Assembly (NCBI GenBank): GCA_005239865.1
Contig: SBBC01000033.1
Location: 1-57,777, forward strand
DNA length: 57,777 nt
Direction: 5' to 3'
DNA from: Candidatus Microgenomatus auricola
GTDB taxonomy: Bacteria > Patescibacteriota > Patescibacteriia > SBBC01
Shown here: positions 9,291 through 19,342 of the stretch, piece by piece
How positions within the stretch are numbered: the stretch's first letter is position 1
Layout: every line of letters begins with the position of its first letter
Notes under the pieces: model-generated
Seen by the model: the letters and a program-made list of their open reading frames with translations, nothing else
The model's database searches: none
What the model was told of the DNA's origin: nothing
Position numbers and translations under genes: made by a program

Positions 9291-11140
9291 AGCGCTAGAC
9301 AGAGGAGCGCCCAGATTTTAATTCCGTGGTGTGCGTGATTCGAAAAATGTTCAGCTAACAAGCGGTCGATGGATGCGAAATTGAAGTATGGCATCGAGCG
9401 GAACGATTGAGAAGATAGAGTTTCTACCACGAACGGTTTCAACGTTCCGCGAATCCAAGCATTTACTGGTAGATCGAAACCACGTTTCCGTTGGTGGAGA
9501 AGTTCGGGCGGCAGAAGATGGCCGAACTGTCGGCGGAGCAGGTATTTCCGCATACCATCGCGAATTTTATAGTCATCCGGCAGCGTGGCCGTGAAATCGA
9601 TTACTTCTTGATCAAGAAATGGTGAACGTGCTTCTAGGGAATTCGCCATAGTCGCGATGTCTGTTTTCGTCATTAACCCTTCGGGAAGGTATAACCGAAG
9701 ATCGAGTGCAGAAACTTGACGTATAAATGAAGTATCGTTTTGAAGGTCACTAATACGAGCAGCAGCCAGCGACTCGGCTGATTTGCTACGTTCGGGGTAG
9801 TATTTGGGTATGAGAACTTGCTGTAATTCTGGGTCAGAAAAAACAGAGAAGAGGTCGATGTACTGACTGACAAGACTCCCGCCGAGAAGTTGACTGCCAA
9901 CTGTCACCTTGCGTCCGAAAGCCGACGGTAAAACCATGCCCACATTCTTCATGACTTTGCCGGCAAGTTGTCGCAGTGATTGGGGTATCCACATGAGGGG
10001 TTGGAGCAGAGAAAGCAGCGAGAATTTTTCGTATCCGGCGAAATTTTCGTCACCGCCGTCCCCCGTTAGCGCAACCGTAACGTATTTTCTCGTTTCTTTG
10101 GCAACGTAGTACGTGGCAATCGCCGAAGAGTCGGCGAACGGCTCCCCATAGTGTCGGAGAAGCTTCGGCAGGACCGCTACCACGTCTGGCTGCATCACGA
10201 ACTCGTGGTGATTTGTACGGAATCGTTCGGCCACCAACCGGGCGAGCGGAAGTTCATTATGGCTTTCTTCCATGAAACCAATAGAGAATGTTTTCACTGG
10301 CTCCGAAACCAACTCAGCCATCAGTGCGGTGACGATGGTTGAATCAAGTCCGCCGCTCAAGAACACTCCAAGAGGAACATCGCTCACGAGCCGAAGGCGA
10401 ACGGCTTCACGAAAACGCCTCTCGAATTCTCGACCGGCTTCGTCAATCGTCAGACCCGAATGTCGCGAGAAATCAAGGTACCAGTATGGCTCAATTGAAA
10501 GTGTCCCATTCTTCCATAGCAATCGATTTCCAGGCGGCAATTTGTGAATTCCTTGGTAGATTGTGAAGGGACTGGGGATGAATTGGAAGCGGAGGTAGTA
10601 TGTCAGCGCGGTCGCGTTAACTTCCGGGGACGGCAACACCTCCAAGAGCGCCTGAAGTTCCGATGCAAAGTAAATTGTATTATGGCGGACGGTGTAGAAA
10701 AGCGGTTTCTTGCCGAATCGATCACGAGCCAGGAGAAGCGTCTGCTTTTTTTTATCCCACAAAGCGAAGGCAAACATCCCACGAAGCTTCTCGAGGCAGG
10801 CAATTCCGTGCTCCTCATAGGCGTGAACGATGACCTCGCTGTCGGTAGACGATCTGAAGCGGTGTCCACGTTCCTCGAGCGGCTTACGGAGTTCTCGAAA
10901 GTTGTATATTTCGCCGTTGAAAATAAGCCAGAGAGCCCCGTCTTCGTTAGACAGGGGCTGGTGTCCGGCTGGTGAAAGGTCAATGATTGCCAGTCGGCGA
11001 AAGCTAAGACCGGCTTGGTTATCGATATACTCACCATCGTCATCCGGGCCACGATGCTTAAGCACGTTGCGCATGCGTCGGAGTTCAGCCGAGTCGATTT
11101 TACCAGGCGAAGATCGTATTATTCCGCTAATTCCGCACAT
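9266..11140 (-). CDS. asnB: Asparagine synthase (glutamine-hydrolysing)-like amidotransferase, glycan-associated
   Basis: MCGI N-terminus (ATG at 11140), HRGPD, FNGEIYN, LSGGLDS, GDGGDE. Confidence 0.9.
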   Translation of the reverse strand: MCGISGIIRSSPGKIDSAELRRMRNVLKHRGPDDDGEYIDNQAGLSFRRLAIIDLSPAGHQPLSNEDGALWLIFNGEIYNFRELRKPLEERGHRFRSSTDSEVIVHAYEEHGIACLEKLRGMFAFALWDKKKQTLLLARDRFGKKPLFYTVRHNTIYFASELQALLEVLPSPEVNATALTYYLRFQFIPSPFTIYQGIHKLPPGNRLLWKNGTLSIEPYWYLDFSRHSGLTIDEAGREFERRFREAVRLRLVSDVPLGVFLSGGLDSTIVTALMAELVSEPVKTFSIGFMEESHNELPLARLVAERFRTNHHEFVMQPDVVAVLPKLLRHYGEPFADSSAIATYYVAKETRKYVTVALTGDGGDENFAGYEKFSLLSLLQPLMWIPQSLRQLAGKVMKNVGMVLPSAFGRKVTVGSQLLGGSLVSQYIDLFSVFSDPELQQVLIPKYYPERSKSAESLAAARISDLQNDTSFIRQVSALDLRLYLPEGLMTKTDIATMANSLEARSPFLDQEVIDFTATLPDDYKIRDGMRKYLLRRQFGHLLPPELLHQRKRGFDLPVNAWIRGTLKPFVVETLSSQSFRSMPYFNFASIDRLLAEHFSNHAHHGIKIWALLCLALWQKEFQR

Positions 11141-12006
11141 ATTCGGGCGGTGATTTCGGAGCCAGTCGGGCAACGGCTTGGATGTAAATTCCTCCGCCAA
11201 GGCGATCGATAATCTTCGTTGTTAGACGTCCGAGCATACGAAGCAGCGGCGGGAAGTTGCGGTAAGGGACGTCGAGGGAGTAGGTGGTCACCTCGGCCAG
11301 AAATCCGGCTTGACGCAACGCATTATCCAGCGTGCGTGGTGTGAAAAAGTAGACATGGTGCATTGACGGGCGAGTGGACGGTTGGAAGCGACCCAAACCC
11401 CGACCAAGACGAACGAACAAGTTATAGAACTCGTACGGTACTTCAATCACAACAAGACCAGTCGGTTTTAAGAATGAGGCGATTGTTTTCAGCATCGCTT
11501 GAGGGCTTGGGACGTGCTCCAGAACATGACTCAAGTGAATGACATCAAATGAATGTTTAGAAAATGACGCTTGATCAAGCCAGCCGTGGAAAATATCGAG
11601 CTGGCGTTTCTCCTTTGCTATGGTCACAGAAGAATCGGAAATTTCCGTGCCGCTAACAGTCCAACCTCGCTTCCTTGCTTCCACGAGGAATTCGCCGGTG
11701 GCAGTTCCGACATCGAGAAGCCTGCCAGGTGGTCGCTGTCGCTGTTCAATCTGATCGAGCGCTCGATTGAACTCTCGAATTCTGGATATCGCTAAAAGGT
11801 TTTTTATAGCCGTACTCATTGAGGTATTCTTCACCGGCGTAGAAGTTCCGGTACTCCTGAGCGGTCACTCGCGGGTTCATGAAGGCTAGTCCGCAGTTTC
11901 GACAACGGACCACTGCGTACGGTGGTTGGAGTGCAACCGATTGCGTTGCCGTTCGATCGAAGACCGTCTGGCCACTATGGCATGAATCACACTGAACCAT
12001 TTCCAT
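11127..12006 (-). pseudogene. Class I SAM methyltransferase with N-terminal Cys/Zn motif, frameshifted
   Basis: N-terminal CxxC...CRNCGLAFMNPR in ORF 11746..12006 and LLDVGTATG / HVLEHV in ORF 11127..11834; removing one base from the T6 run at 11800-11805 joins them. Confidence 0.8.
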
Positions 12007-12122
12007 TGCGGAGTTGGGATGTTTTAACGATAGTGAAAATCAACTGAACGATATCATCAAAGCAGTTTTTAAAGCCAAGTGGTCACATCGATACCAATCA
12101 CAGCGAACATATACTACGCCAA

Positions 12123-12965
12123 TCAAAATAGTTGACTGAAGCGACTTTGGTGTCCAGTTTTTACAGTCACATAGGCGTAGACCGAGGTTTGTCCGAGACG
12201 TTCAAGCCACCGAGCGAGGCGCCGCCACCCCAGACCGTTACCAGAGGCTACCGGACCAGCAATAATCTTGATAATGGTAAAACCCACCATTTCGAATTCT
12301 TTCAGCCACCGTCGTTGACTGAACGCCCAAAATTCTTGGATGTGATGCCGCGAGACACCATGCGGTGGTGGAAAGAGGTGACGGAGAAAAGGAATCCGCC
12401 GACGCCAAATCTTTTGGTTATTTTCGAAATACTGACCCTCCAATTCTGATTGATGATGTATTTCGCGGGATAGAATCTTTCGTGCCTGTTGCCCACTGAG
12501 CAGCTGCAAAGTAGTCAACAGCAGATTTGGATAGTAGGTTGTCATCCACGCTAGCTTCCAGAAAGTAGTTGGCATAATATGAACGGCAATGCCATCATCT
12601 TTAAGCACAGCGTGAACTCCGCGCAAGACCTTTTGCGGTCGCGACACATGCTCAAGCAAACTAGAAGAAAACACCAGATCGAACGACCGGGGTGGAAATT
12701 GACTATCTACCTCCTCCGCATCACAGACTTGGTAGCTAAGGTTCAACCCCGCCTCATTTTTTTGAACTAAGGGGCTATAATCAGTACTAATTAACTTTTT
12801 TGTCAACGGCGCTAATAATCTAGATTGGTAGCCGTCGCCAGCTCCAAGTTCCAAGGCTTTGGGGAAGGTCCCAGGGGGCACTCGAGCAAAAATTAGTTGG
12901 AACTCTCGATGCCTGTAATCATGTAGATATGTTGACCAGTCGGGCTTGAGGCGCATGAGCAACAT
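12123..12965 (-). CDS. Class I SAM-dependent methyltransferase
   Basis: ALELGAGDG, FDLVFSSSLLEHV, VLKDDG. Confidence 0.85.
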   Translation of the reverse strand: MLLMRLKPDWSTYLHDYRHREFQLIFARVPPGTFPKALELGAGDGYQSRLLAPLTKKLISTDYSPLVQKNEAGLNLSYQVCDAEEVDSQFPPRSFDLVFSSSLLEHVSRPQKVLRGVHAVLKDDGIAVHIMPTTFWKLAWMTTYYPNLLLTTLQLLSGQQARKILSREIHHQSELEGQYFENNQKIWRRRIPFLRHLFPPPHGVSRHHIQEFWAFSQRRWLKEFEMVGFTIIKIIAGPVASGNGLGWRRLARWLERLGQTSVYAYVTVKTGHQSRFSQLF

Positions 12966-13046
12966 TGAGTGCTAGTAACGGTAACCACTTGTTTATATCA
13001 CGTTTTTTTGTTATCATCAAGCTTCGAATCTTTATCGCACCCAGTC

Positions 13047-14258
13047 ATGCGCATTGTCTATCTGTTAGGAATGTTCGAGTTCTTTGGCGGTCAGGAACTC
13101 TACTTGGCCCGTCAACAAGCCAGACAGGGGCATCAAGTTGCCGTCGTTACTTCCAACACACCCTACCTATTTCCCAATATCGTTGAGCGGTATCGTTTGG
13201 AGGGGTTCCCAGAGCAAATGGCAAGCCACCGGCCAGGCAAGTTTGATTTCGAAGGCCTGCGGATCATCCGGCTCCCCACACTTTTTCACTACCAGGACTT
13301 CGTCGTGGTGCGAGGAGTGAAGAATATCTTGGAAGAACTGCGTCCAGATGTTGTGTTTGGGCATGAACCGCGTACCATTGCCCCCATCCTCGGTGCTCGC
13401 TATAAGCGGCGATTAGGCTATCTTTACTATCTAGACAGTCACGATTTTTTCCATACCGTTCAGAATCATCGCTGGTGGCAACGGTGGCTGCGTTACGCCG
13501 AGTATTTCTGGTGGCGAAGGTGGTTCGTTGACTACGCCCTGCGCCGTGCCGACCGCATTATTGCCGTAGCCGAAGAGTGTCGGAGGTTCCTGGTTGAGCG
13601 ACATGGCATTCCAAATTATCGTATTGAATCCCTGCCGCTCGGCGTGGAAACTGATTTCTTCCAGTACGACGAAACCGCAAGACGTGAAATTCGACAAAAA
13701 CTCAATTGTGGTTCACGAGATGTTATTCTACTCTTTGCTGGCTATATGTTTCGTCGTAAGGCCTTAGAGAGTTTAATCGATCTAATCGCGCAGGTGCGCG
13801 ACTTTCCCTTACGCTTGGTTTATGCTGGCGAGGGACCACCTGACTATTTAAACGAATTGAAACATCACGCCCTCATGAAAAACGTCGCTGACCGCGTGCA
13901 CTTTACCGGTTTTCTTTCCCGAAAAGAGATCGCTCGGTACTATGCTGGGGCTGACATTGGTGTTTGGCCAGGAAACAACTCTTTGGCTATCCTCGAAGCC
14001 ATGGCTTGTCGCCTACCAATCATTATGGCTGATATGCAGCTCGCCCACCTTGTTTCGCATGGAAACGGTTTTGCTGTACCATATGCCGACGTCGGGGCGT
14101 TAGAGCAACGGATTCGAGAATTGGCAGTTAACCGAACTCTGCGCCATGAGATGGGCCAGATGAGTCAAGCGGCGGCCTTAGAGCAATATAGTTACGCCAG
14201 TCTAGCACGGCAGGTATCAGGCTGGATGGAAGCGGACCTGGCCAAGATGAAGCGTTAA
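13047..14258 (+). CDS. GT4 glycosyltransferase
   Basis: MRIVYL start, FAGYMFRRK, ILEAMACRLP. Confidence 0.85.
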   Translation: MRIVYLLGMFEFFGGQELYLARQQARQGHQVAVVTSNTPYLFPNIVERYRLEGFPEQMASHRPGKFDFEGLRIIRLPTLFHYQDFVVVRGVKNILEELRPDVVFGHEPRTIAPILGARYKRRLGYLYYLDSHDFFHTVQNHRWWQRWLRYAEYFWWRRWFVDYALRRADRIIAVAEECRRFLVERHGIPNYRIESLPLGVETDFFQYDETARREIRQKLNCGSRDVILLFAGYMFRRKALESLIDLIAQVRDFPLRLVYAGEGPPDYLNELKHHALMKNVADRVHFTGFLSRKEIARYYAGADIGVWPGNNSLAILEAMACRLPIIMADMQLAHLVSHGNGFAVPYADVGALEQRIRELAVNRTLRHEMGQMSQAAALEQYSYASLARQVSGWMEADLAKMKR

Positions 14259-15202
14259 GCTTTCTCTCCGGATATTGCGACCGGTAGTTCGAGCACGCGA
14301 ATGTTTTTTAATCCGGCCTCTTCGAACCAGGTAAAAACTTCGTAATCAGTGTGCCACCACTGATACTTCGGCGAGTACCAGTCGAAAGTGTCGAGCACAC
14401 GCCAACGCCAATCGGGCCACGGAGCGGTCGGCAAGATGGCGCGAAAGACGTGGCGCAGGAAGGGAGTTTTGAGGAGGTAATAGTATGGAACCGCGATAAA
14501 GGAAAGGTAGTAGAGCAACCGCCTGGGCAGCCGAGTCGTGATTTTCCGGTAGTATCGTGACATGATGACCGGGAGGTGGCTGTAGTAGTCGTAGACCCAG
14601 ATGGCGATTTTGCCCCCCCTCTTTAGTAGTCGGGGCAGCTGCGAGAAAGCCTTTTTTGTGTCTGGGGTGTGGTGGAGAACACCTATACTGTAGATGGCAT
14701 CAAAAATTTCCGGTTTGAAGGGAAGACGGAAAATGTCGGCTTGAATGATGTGAACCTTTGGGTCTTTCCCGAAGTTGGCGAATGCCGCTTCAACGGCGTA
14801 GGATAAATCAATGCCAATTACTTCACCGCCGTACTTTTTTGCGATTTCCAAAAAACGACCGGTGCCAACGCCGACGTCGAGTACGAGTTTGCCGTCAAGG
14901 TCTGACCGTGTGAAGCTGCACTTCCGCCGGAAGGTATCCTCCGAGTCATCACGTTTGGTATGAGAGTCGATCTGCGTTGTTCGGTTTTTCAGCCACTCCA
15001 GGGAAAAGTTGCCCACGTACTCATCGCTCTCGACAAATCGTGGAATTGATCGTACGACCGAGAAACGGTGCCCGCCGCGAGAACAGCGGAGTTCACCGCT
15101 TTTGATCCCGTCGTCGACTCGTTCGGTCACCTTGAGCGTGAAGTTCCCCCCACACTCCGGACAGGCCAGCCACTGCACCAGACGTTCTTTCATGGGGTGC
15201 AC
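14255..15202 (-). CDS. SAM methyltransferase with N-terminal Trm112-like Zn domain
   Basis: LACPECGG...LRC...IPRF; LDVGVGTGR; GVLHHTPD; DTFDWYSP. Confidence 0.85.
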   Translation of the reverse strand: MHPMKERLVQWLACPECGGNFTLKVTERVDDGIKSGELRCSRGGHRFSVVRSIPRFVESDEYVGNFSLEWLKNRTTQIDSHTKRDDSEDTFRRKCSFTRSDLDGKLVLDVGVGTGRFLEIAKKYGGEVIGIDLSYAVEAAFANFGKDPKVHIIQADIFRLPFKPEIFDAIYSIGVLHHTPDTKKAFSQLPRLLKRGGKIAIWVYDYYSHLPVIMSRYYRKITTRLPRRLLYYLSFIAVPYYYLLKTPFLRHVFRAILPTAPWPDWRWRVLDTFDWYSPKYQWWHTDYEVFTWFEEAGLKNIRVLELPVAISGEKA

Positions 15203-15263
15203 ACGCTAAAATTTCCTTTCAGTTACTTAGGTACAGGCAGTATACCGGCGTTTCCTAACGCGG

Positions 15264-16358
15264 TCAACGGTCCTGGATGAATCGGAACAGGTAAGTGGCA
15301 ATTTTTTCGCTTGCGTGACCGTGACCATACACAAACCGGTGTTCTCTCGGTTGATCCACACCGTAAAGTGCCCGGAGAATTCGTCGTGGACCAGTTCCAA
15401 CGAGAGTGTTCCAGCCAAGATCAACGGTCTCGGTCCACTCGGTACTGTCACGCAGCGTAACGCATGGAACTTTAAGGGAAAATGCTTCTTTCTGGACGCC
15501 GCCGGAATCGGTCAGGATGACTCGCGCCGAGGACATGAGTCGTAACATGTCGAGATAGCCGACAGGATGGATGAGCTTGATATATTGACTTCGATGAAGC
15601 GCTGGAAGCAGACGGAAGCGATTCAGTGCGTGTTTCGTTCGCGGGTGGATCGGGAAGACGACCGGCTCGCGGATAGCTTGGAGCGCATGGGCCAACGAAG
15701 ACAGCGATCTCCAGTCATCAGTGTTACCAGCACGGTGTATTGTAACGAGAAGGAATTGTTTTAATGTTACACCCAGTTTTTCCAAAACGCGAGAACGCTT
15801 TTTTGCTTTGGGGAGTAATCGGAAGAGGATGTCGAGCATGTTGTCGCCGACGAAGTGTACATGACGCCGAATCCCTTCGCGCTTGAGGTTATCGACTGCG
15901 GTTGGCGAGGGACAAAAGAGCAGGGAGGAGAGGTGGTCGGTGAGCACGCGGTTTAGTTCTTCCGGCATTGCGCGATCAAAGCTTCTCATCCCTGCTTCGA
16001 CATGTGCAACCGGAATCTGAAGCTTTGCGGCGGCCAGGGCACCGGCGAGCGTGGAATTCGTGTCTCCATAGACAAGGATCAGATCGGGTTGTTCAGTCAG
16101 GAGCACTTCCTCGATTTTCGCAAGCATGCGCCCGGTCTGCTGTCCGTGGGAATCAGACCCGACATTGAGGTTGTACTTTGGTTTTGGGAGGGCGAGTTCT
16201 TGAAAGAATTGATCGGACATCTCCCAGTCGTAGTGTTGACCAGTATGGATGATGGTTTCCCGTGCGTGCTTCCTTAAAGCAACAGACAATGTCGCAGCTT
16301 TGATAAACTGCGGTCGCGCACCGATGATAGTGATAATGTGAATGCGTCGTTTTTTCAT
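15264..16358 (-). CDS. wecB: Non-hydrolysing UDP-N-acetylglucosamine 2-epimerase (WecB/WbpI-like)
   Basis: GARPQFIK, HTGQHYD, GDTNSTLA, HVEAGMRS, TDSGGVQKEA. Confidence 0.92.
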   Translation of the reverse strand: MKKRRIHIITIIGARPQFIKAATLSVALRKHARETIIHTGQHYDWEMSDQFFQELALPKPKYNLNVGSDSHGQQTGRMLAKIEEVLLTEQPDLILVYGDTNSTLAGALAAAKLQIPVAHVEAGMRSFDRAMPEELNRVLTDHLSSLLFCPSPTAVDNLKREGIRRHVHFVGDNMLDILFRLLPKAKKRSRVLEKLGVTLKQFLLVTIHRAGNTDDWRSLSSLAHALQAIREPVVFPIHPRTKHALNRFRLLPALHRSQYIKLIHPVGYLDMLRLMSSARVILTDSGGVQKEAFSLKVPCVTLRDSTEWTETVDLGWNTLVGTGPRRILRALYGVDQPREHRFVYGHGHASEKIATYLFRFIQDR

Positions 16359-17490
16359 TGTCTAGCTGAAACACAGTTCAGGGTAGCAAGTCCAATCTGT
16401 CCTCTACCGTACGTTGTGTAAAATCCTCTAATCCAACCCTCGGTTTGACCGAACATGTTGTACCACATCTGGTAAGTCGTACCGACCTTCATGACAAACG
16501 GGCCATAAATGAGGAAGTCGATGGCCTGCTCTTGTGACGAACCACGTAAAACAGGTTGACGCTTCCAGAACGTCCATTTTTTGGATTCTTCATTTCAGCA
16601 TAGAAAACATCTTTTGATTCTGGTAAGGTGTTTGGAGAAAACCACATGCGGTACACCGCCCCTTCACGAAGAACTGTTGTGGTATATATATCAGATTTTG
16701 AATCTCTGTTGGTATCGACGAAAAATGCCGGGGAATAAAAAACGGTCCAATCGTAACCATTTGATGATTCCGCGTATTTGATCAGTCTCCCACGGTCTTC
16801 GTCGAGTACATTGAACCACATTTGGTAAAATCCTGAGAATTGTTGGATGATGGTGGGGTCGATATGGTGAAGCTCATAGGAATTCAGATCAAAAACAGGT
16901 CCGAATTTGGCCCAGTGAAGTCCATCCGGGGATGAGGCGTAACCAATTCGGTACCTTCCTCCGACAGCTTCTGCTTCTCCAGTCAGGCCGCGACCGCTGT
17001 ACCACATCTTATATCGCTCACTTTCTGGAGCATTTTCGTCTTTCAGCACGAACGGATAGGCAACGCTTTTGCTGTCCCACGACCCGTTTTCTCCTACGTC
17101 GATGACCGTTCCGAGTTTGGTCCAGTGAACACCGTCCAAGCTTTCGGCGTAATTGATTTTCCATGCAACGACTTCGTCGCTTGAGTACCACATTTTGTAC
17201 ACGCCGTCGGAGTAAAGAACCGAAGGACATTCAACCTCAAGAACCGCACCCCAACTTTCCTCTCTAGTGATAGTCCGTGTGTCATCACTTTCTAACACCG
17301 AGTTTTCGGCAGAGGGAATCCACTCGTTTCGCTTGTGGCAATTCGAAGCGAAAAAACTATCTGTTCCAGTCGACGACTGGAAGATAGACACAGGGAATTG
17401 CAAGAAGAGGAGAAGGGTCCCAAAAGTTTTTACGATTGAGCGGGAACGTCGATCAGGTTGTTGCTGCATTGTCACAAGAGAGCTACCCAT
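16355..17490 (-). pseudogene. Five-bladed beta-propeller glycosidase-like protein (GH32/43/130-like), frameshifted near the 3' end
   Basis: Repeated blades (PSV..GVYKMWYS..INYAESLDGVHWTK). A fifth blade (YGPFVMKVGTTYQMWY..QIGLAT) lies in another frame after the T6 run at 16577-16582 and ends in a TGA overlapping the wecB ATG (ATGA). Confidence 0.75.
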
Positions 17491-19342
17491 ACCAACGTTG
17501 TAGCCACTTTTCTAAATTGTACCAACGCCAAAGCGGAGCAGCAAGCGATGCTGTGCCGGTCTGGAACCGTTGCCATTGTATCCGCACCTCTTTCGGATTC
17601 GTGTACTTACCGATCCGCAAGTTGGATGCGGAGAATGACGCCTCGAGGTCATCCGTGAGTTCATGACGGAACCATTCCGTCTGCGGAACGACGAATCCGA
17701 ACTTATCCCGACGACGTCTAATCTGATCTGGAAGAATTTCTCCTAACGCTTTGCGGAGGATGCGTTTTGTCTCCCCTCCGCTCATCAGCATATCGTCAGG
17801 CAGTGAAAGCGTGAATTCCGCCAGTCGATGATCGAGAAAGGGGACGCGGGCCTCGATCGAGAACGCCATCGAATTCCGGTCTTCGTAGTGAAGGAGTGCC
17901 CGTACGCCTGTGGTAGTGAGCAACCGGTAGAGGTGGTTTTTAAACTGATTTTGGAACGGCGAGGGAAGGTCAGGATAGCGGAAGTTCGTAGTTCGAAAAC
18001 GCGGCTCGAGGATGTCGAGTTCAATTCGATTGGAGCGATTGAAAAACCACCGCCCGATACTTGGTGGGAGTACATACAATGCGAAAGTTGGAATGATGTG
18101 AGGAATCGACCGGCGGTGATGGGTGAGCACACCCCACAGCTCTCGTGCAAACCCAGGAACATTTCCGCGACGAAGTTGCTGCGCGAGCAGGGATCCGAAA
18201 ATCGGAATATACCCCGCCAGGATTTCGTCGCCGCCTTGTCCGTCGAGAAGCACCTTCACACCGCGCTGGCGGACTCGCTTCATGATTTCCCACTGCGCAA
18301 AAATACTCATCGAAAGGAACGGCTCTTCCTGATGCCAGAGGAGGCGGTGGAATTCTTGGCGGAAGATTTCTGGATCAGGGAACACCTCGTTTTGCTCCGC
18401 CCCGATCATTCCGTTCACGAGCCGACTGTACTGTCGTTCGTCATAATGTGGGTTGGTTGAACAGGCGGTAAAGGTTTTTTGTCCGAGGTGTACATTTTCA
18501 CTCCGCAAAAGCTTATGGGCAATGAGCGCGATGCTGGAAGAGTCAAGACCGCCGGAGAGGCACGTGCCGATTGGAACATCACCGCGTAGACGAACTCGAA
18601 TGCTGTCAATGAGGAGTTCGCGGAATCGCTCCGCCGCCTCATCGAACGAAACATCAATCTTGGCCTGATTACGGAGCGTCCAATATGGTTTAATTTCCAT
18701 CCCCTGGTCGGTGATGACTGCGTAATGTGCCGGAGGAATTTGCTCGATGCCGCTGAAAAAGGTTTCGGTTGTGTGATCGTGGAACCCGAAGACGAGGTAG
18801 TCGAAGACCACCCGATCGTTCGGTTGAGGAACATTTGGTAGTAAGTGAAACAGGGCTTTTATCTCCGAACCAAAGATGTAGCCGCTGTCGCGCTGTATGT
18901 AATAGAGCGGTTTTTCGCCAAAGCGATCTCGCGATAGCACGAGCCGCCCATTCCTCTTGTCCCTGATTGCCATTGCCCACATGCCGTTAAATCTCTTGAA
19001 GCAGGCGTTGCCCCAGGTGATGTAGGCGGCGAGAACGACCTCTGTATCGCTATGGGAGAGGAATTTCCACTTGACAGATGACTCGAGTTCTTGACGTAGT
19101 TCGAGGTAGTTATAAATCTCTCCGTTGAAAGCGACAGTCACTGACCCATCCGGCGTGGACATTGGCTGATGACCAGCCGGCGACAGGTCAATGATCGCCA
19201 GGCGTTGAAACCCGAGGGCAAGCAGGTCGTCATGATACATTCCCGCGTCATCAGGTCCGCGGTGTCGAAGAAGTTCGGCCGCCTGGCGGACCGCCTGTTC
19301 CCGATGTGTGGGTAATCTGAACTCGCCAACGAAGCCGCACAT
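17483..19342 (-). CDS. asnB: Second asparagine synthase-like amidotransferase (WbpS-like)
   Basis: MCGF, HRGPD, LSGGLDSS, DGQGGDE, EDRNSMAFSIEARVPFLD. Confidence 0.9.
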   Translation of the reverse strand: MCGFVGEFRLPTHREQAVRQAAELLRHRGPDDAGMYHDDLLALGFQRLAIIDLSPAGHQPMSTPDGSVTVAFNGEIYNYLELRQELESSVKWKFLSHSDTEVVLAAYITWGNACFKRFNGMWAMAIRDKRNGRLVLSRDRFGEKPLYYIQRDSGYIFGSEIKALFHLLPNVPQPNDRVVFDYLVFGFHDHTTETFFSGIEQIPPAHYAVITDQGMEIKPYWTLRNQAKIDVSFDEAAERFRELLIDSIRVRLRGDVPIGTCLSGGLDSSSIALIAHKLLRSENVHLGQKTFTACSTNPHYDERQYSRLVNGMIGAEQNEVFPDPEIFRQEFHRLLWHQEEPFLSMSIFAQWEIMKRVRQRGVKVLLDGQGGDEILAGYIPIFGSLLAQQLRRGNVPGFARELWGVLTHHRRSIPHIIPTFALYVLPPSIGRWFFNRSNRIELDILEPRFRTTNFRYPDLPSPFQNQFKNHLYRLLTTTGVRALLHYEDRNSMAFSIEARVPFLDHRLAEFTLSLPDDMLMSGGETKRILRKALGEILPDQIRRRRDKFGFVVPQTEWFRHELTDDLEASFSASNLRIGKYTNPKEVRIQWQRFQTGTASLAAPLWRWYNLEKWLQRWYG

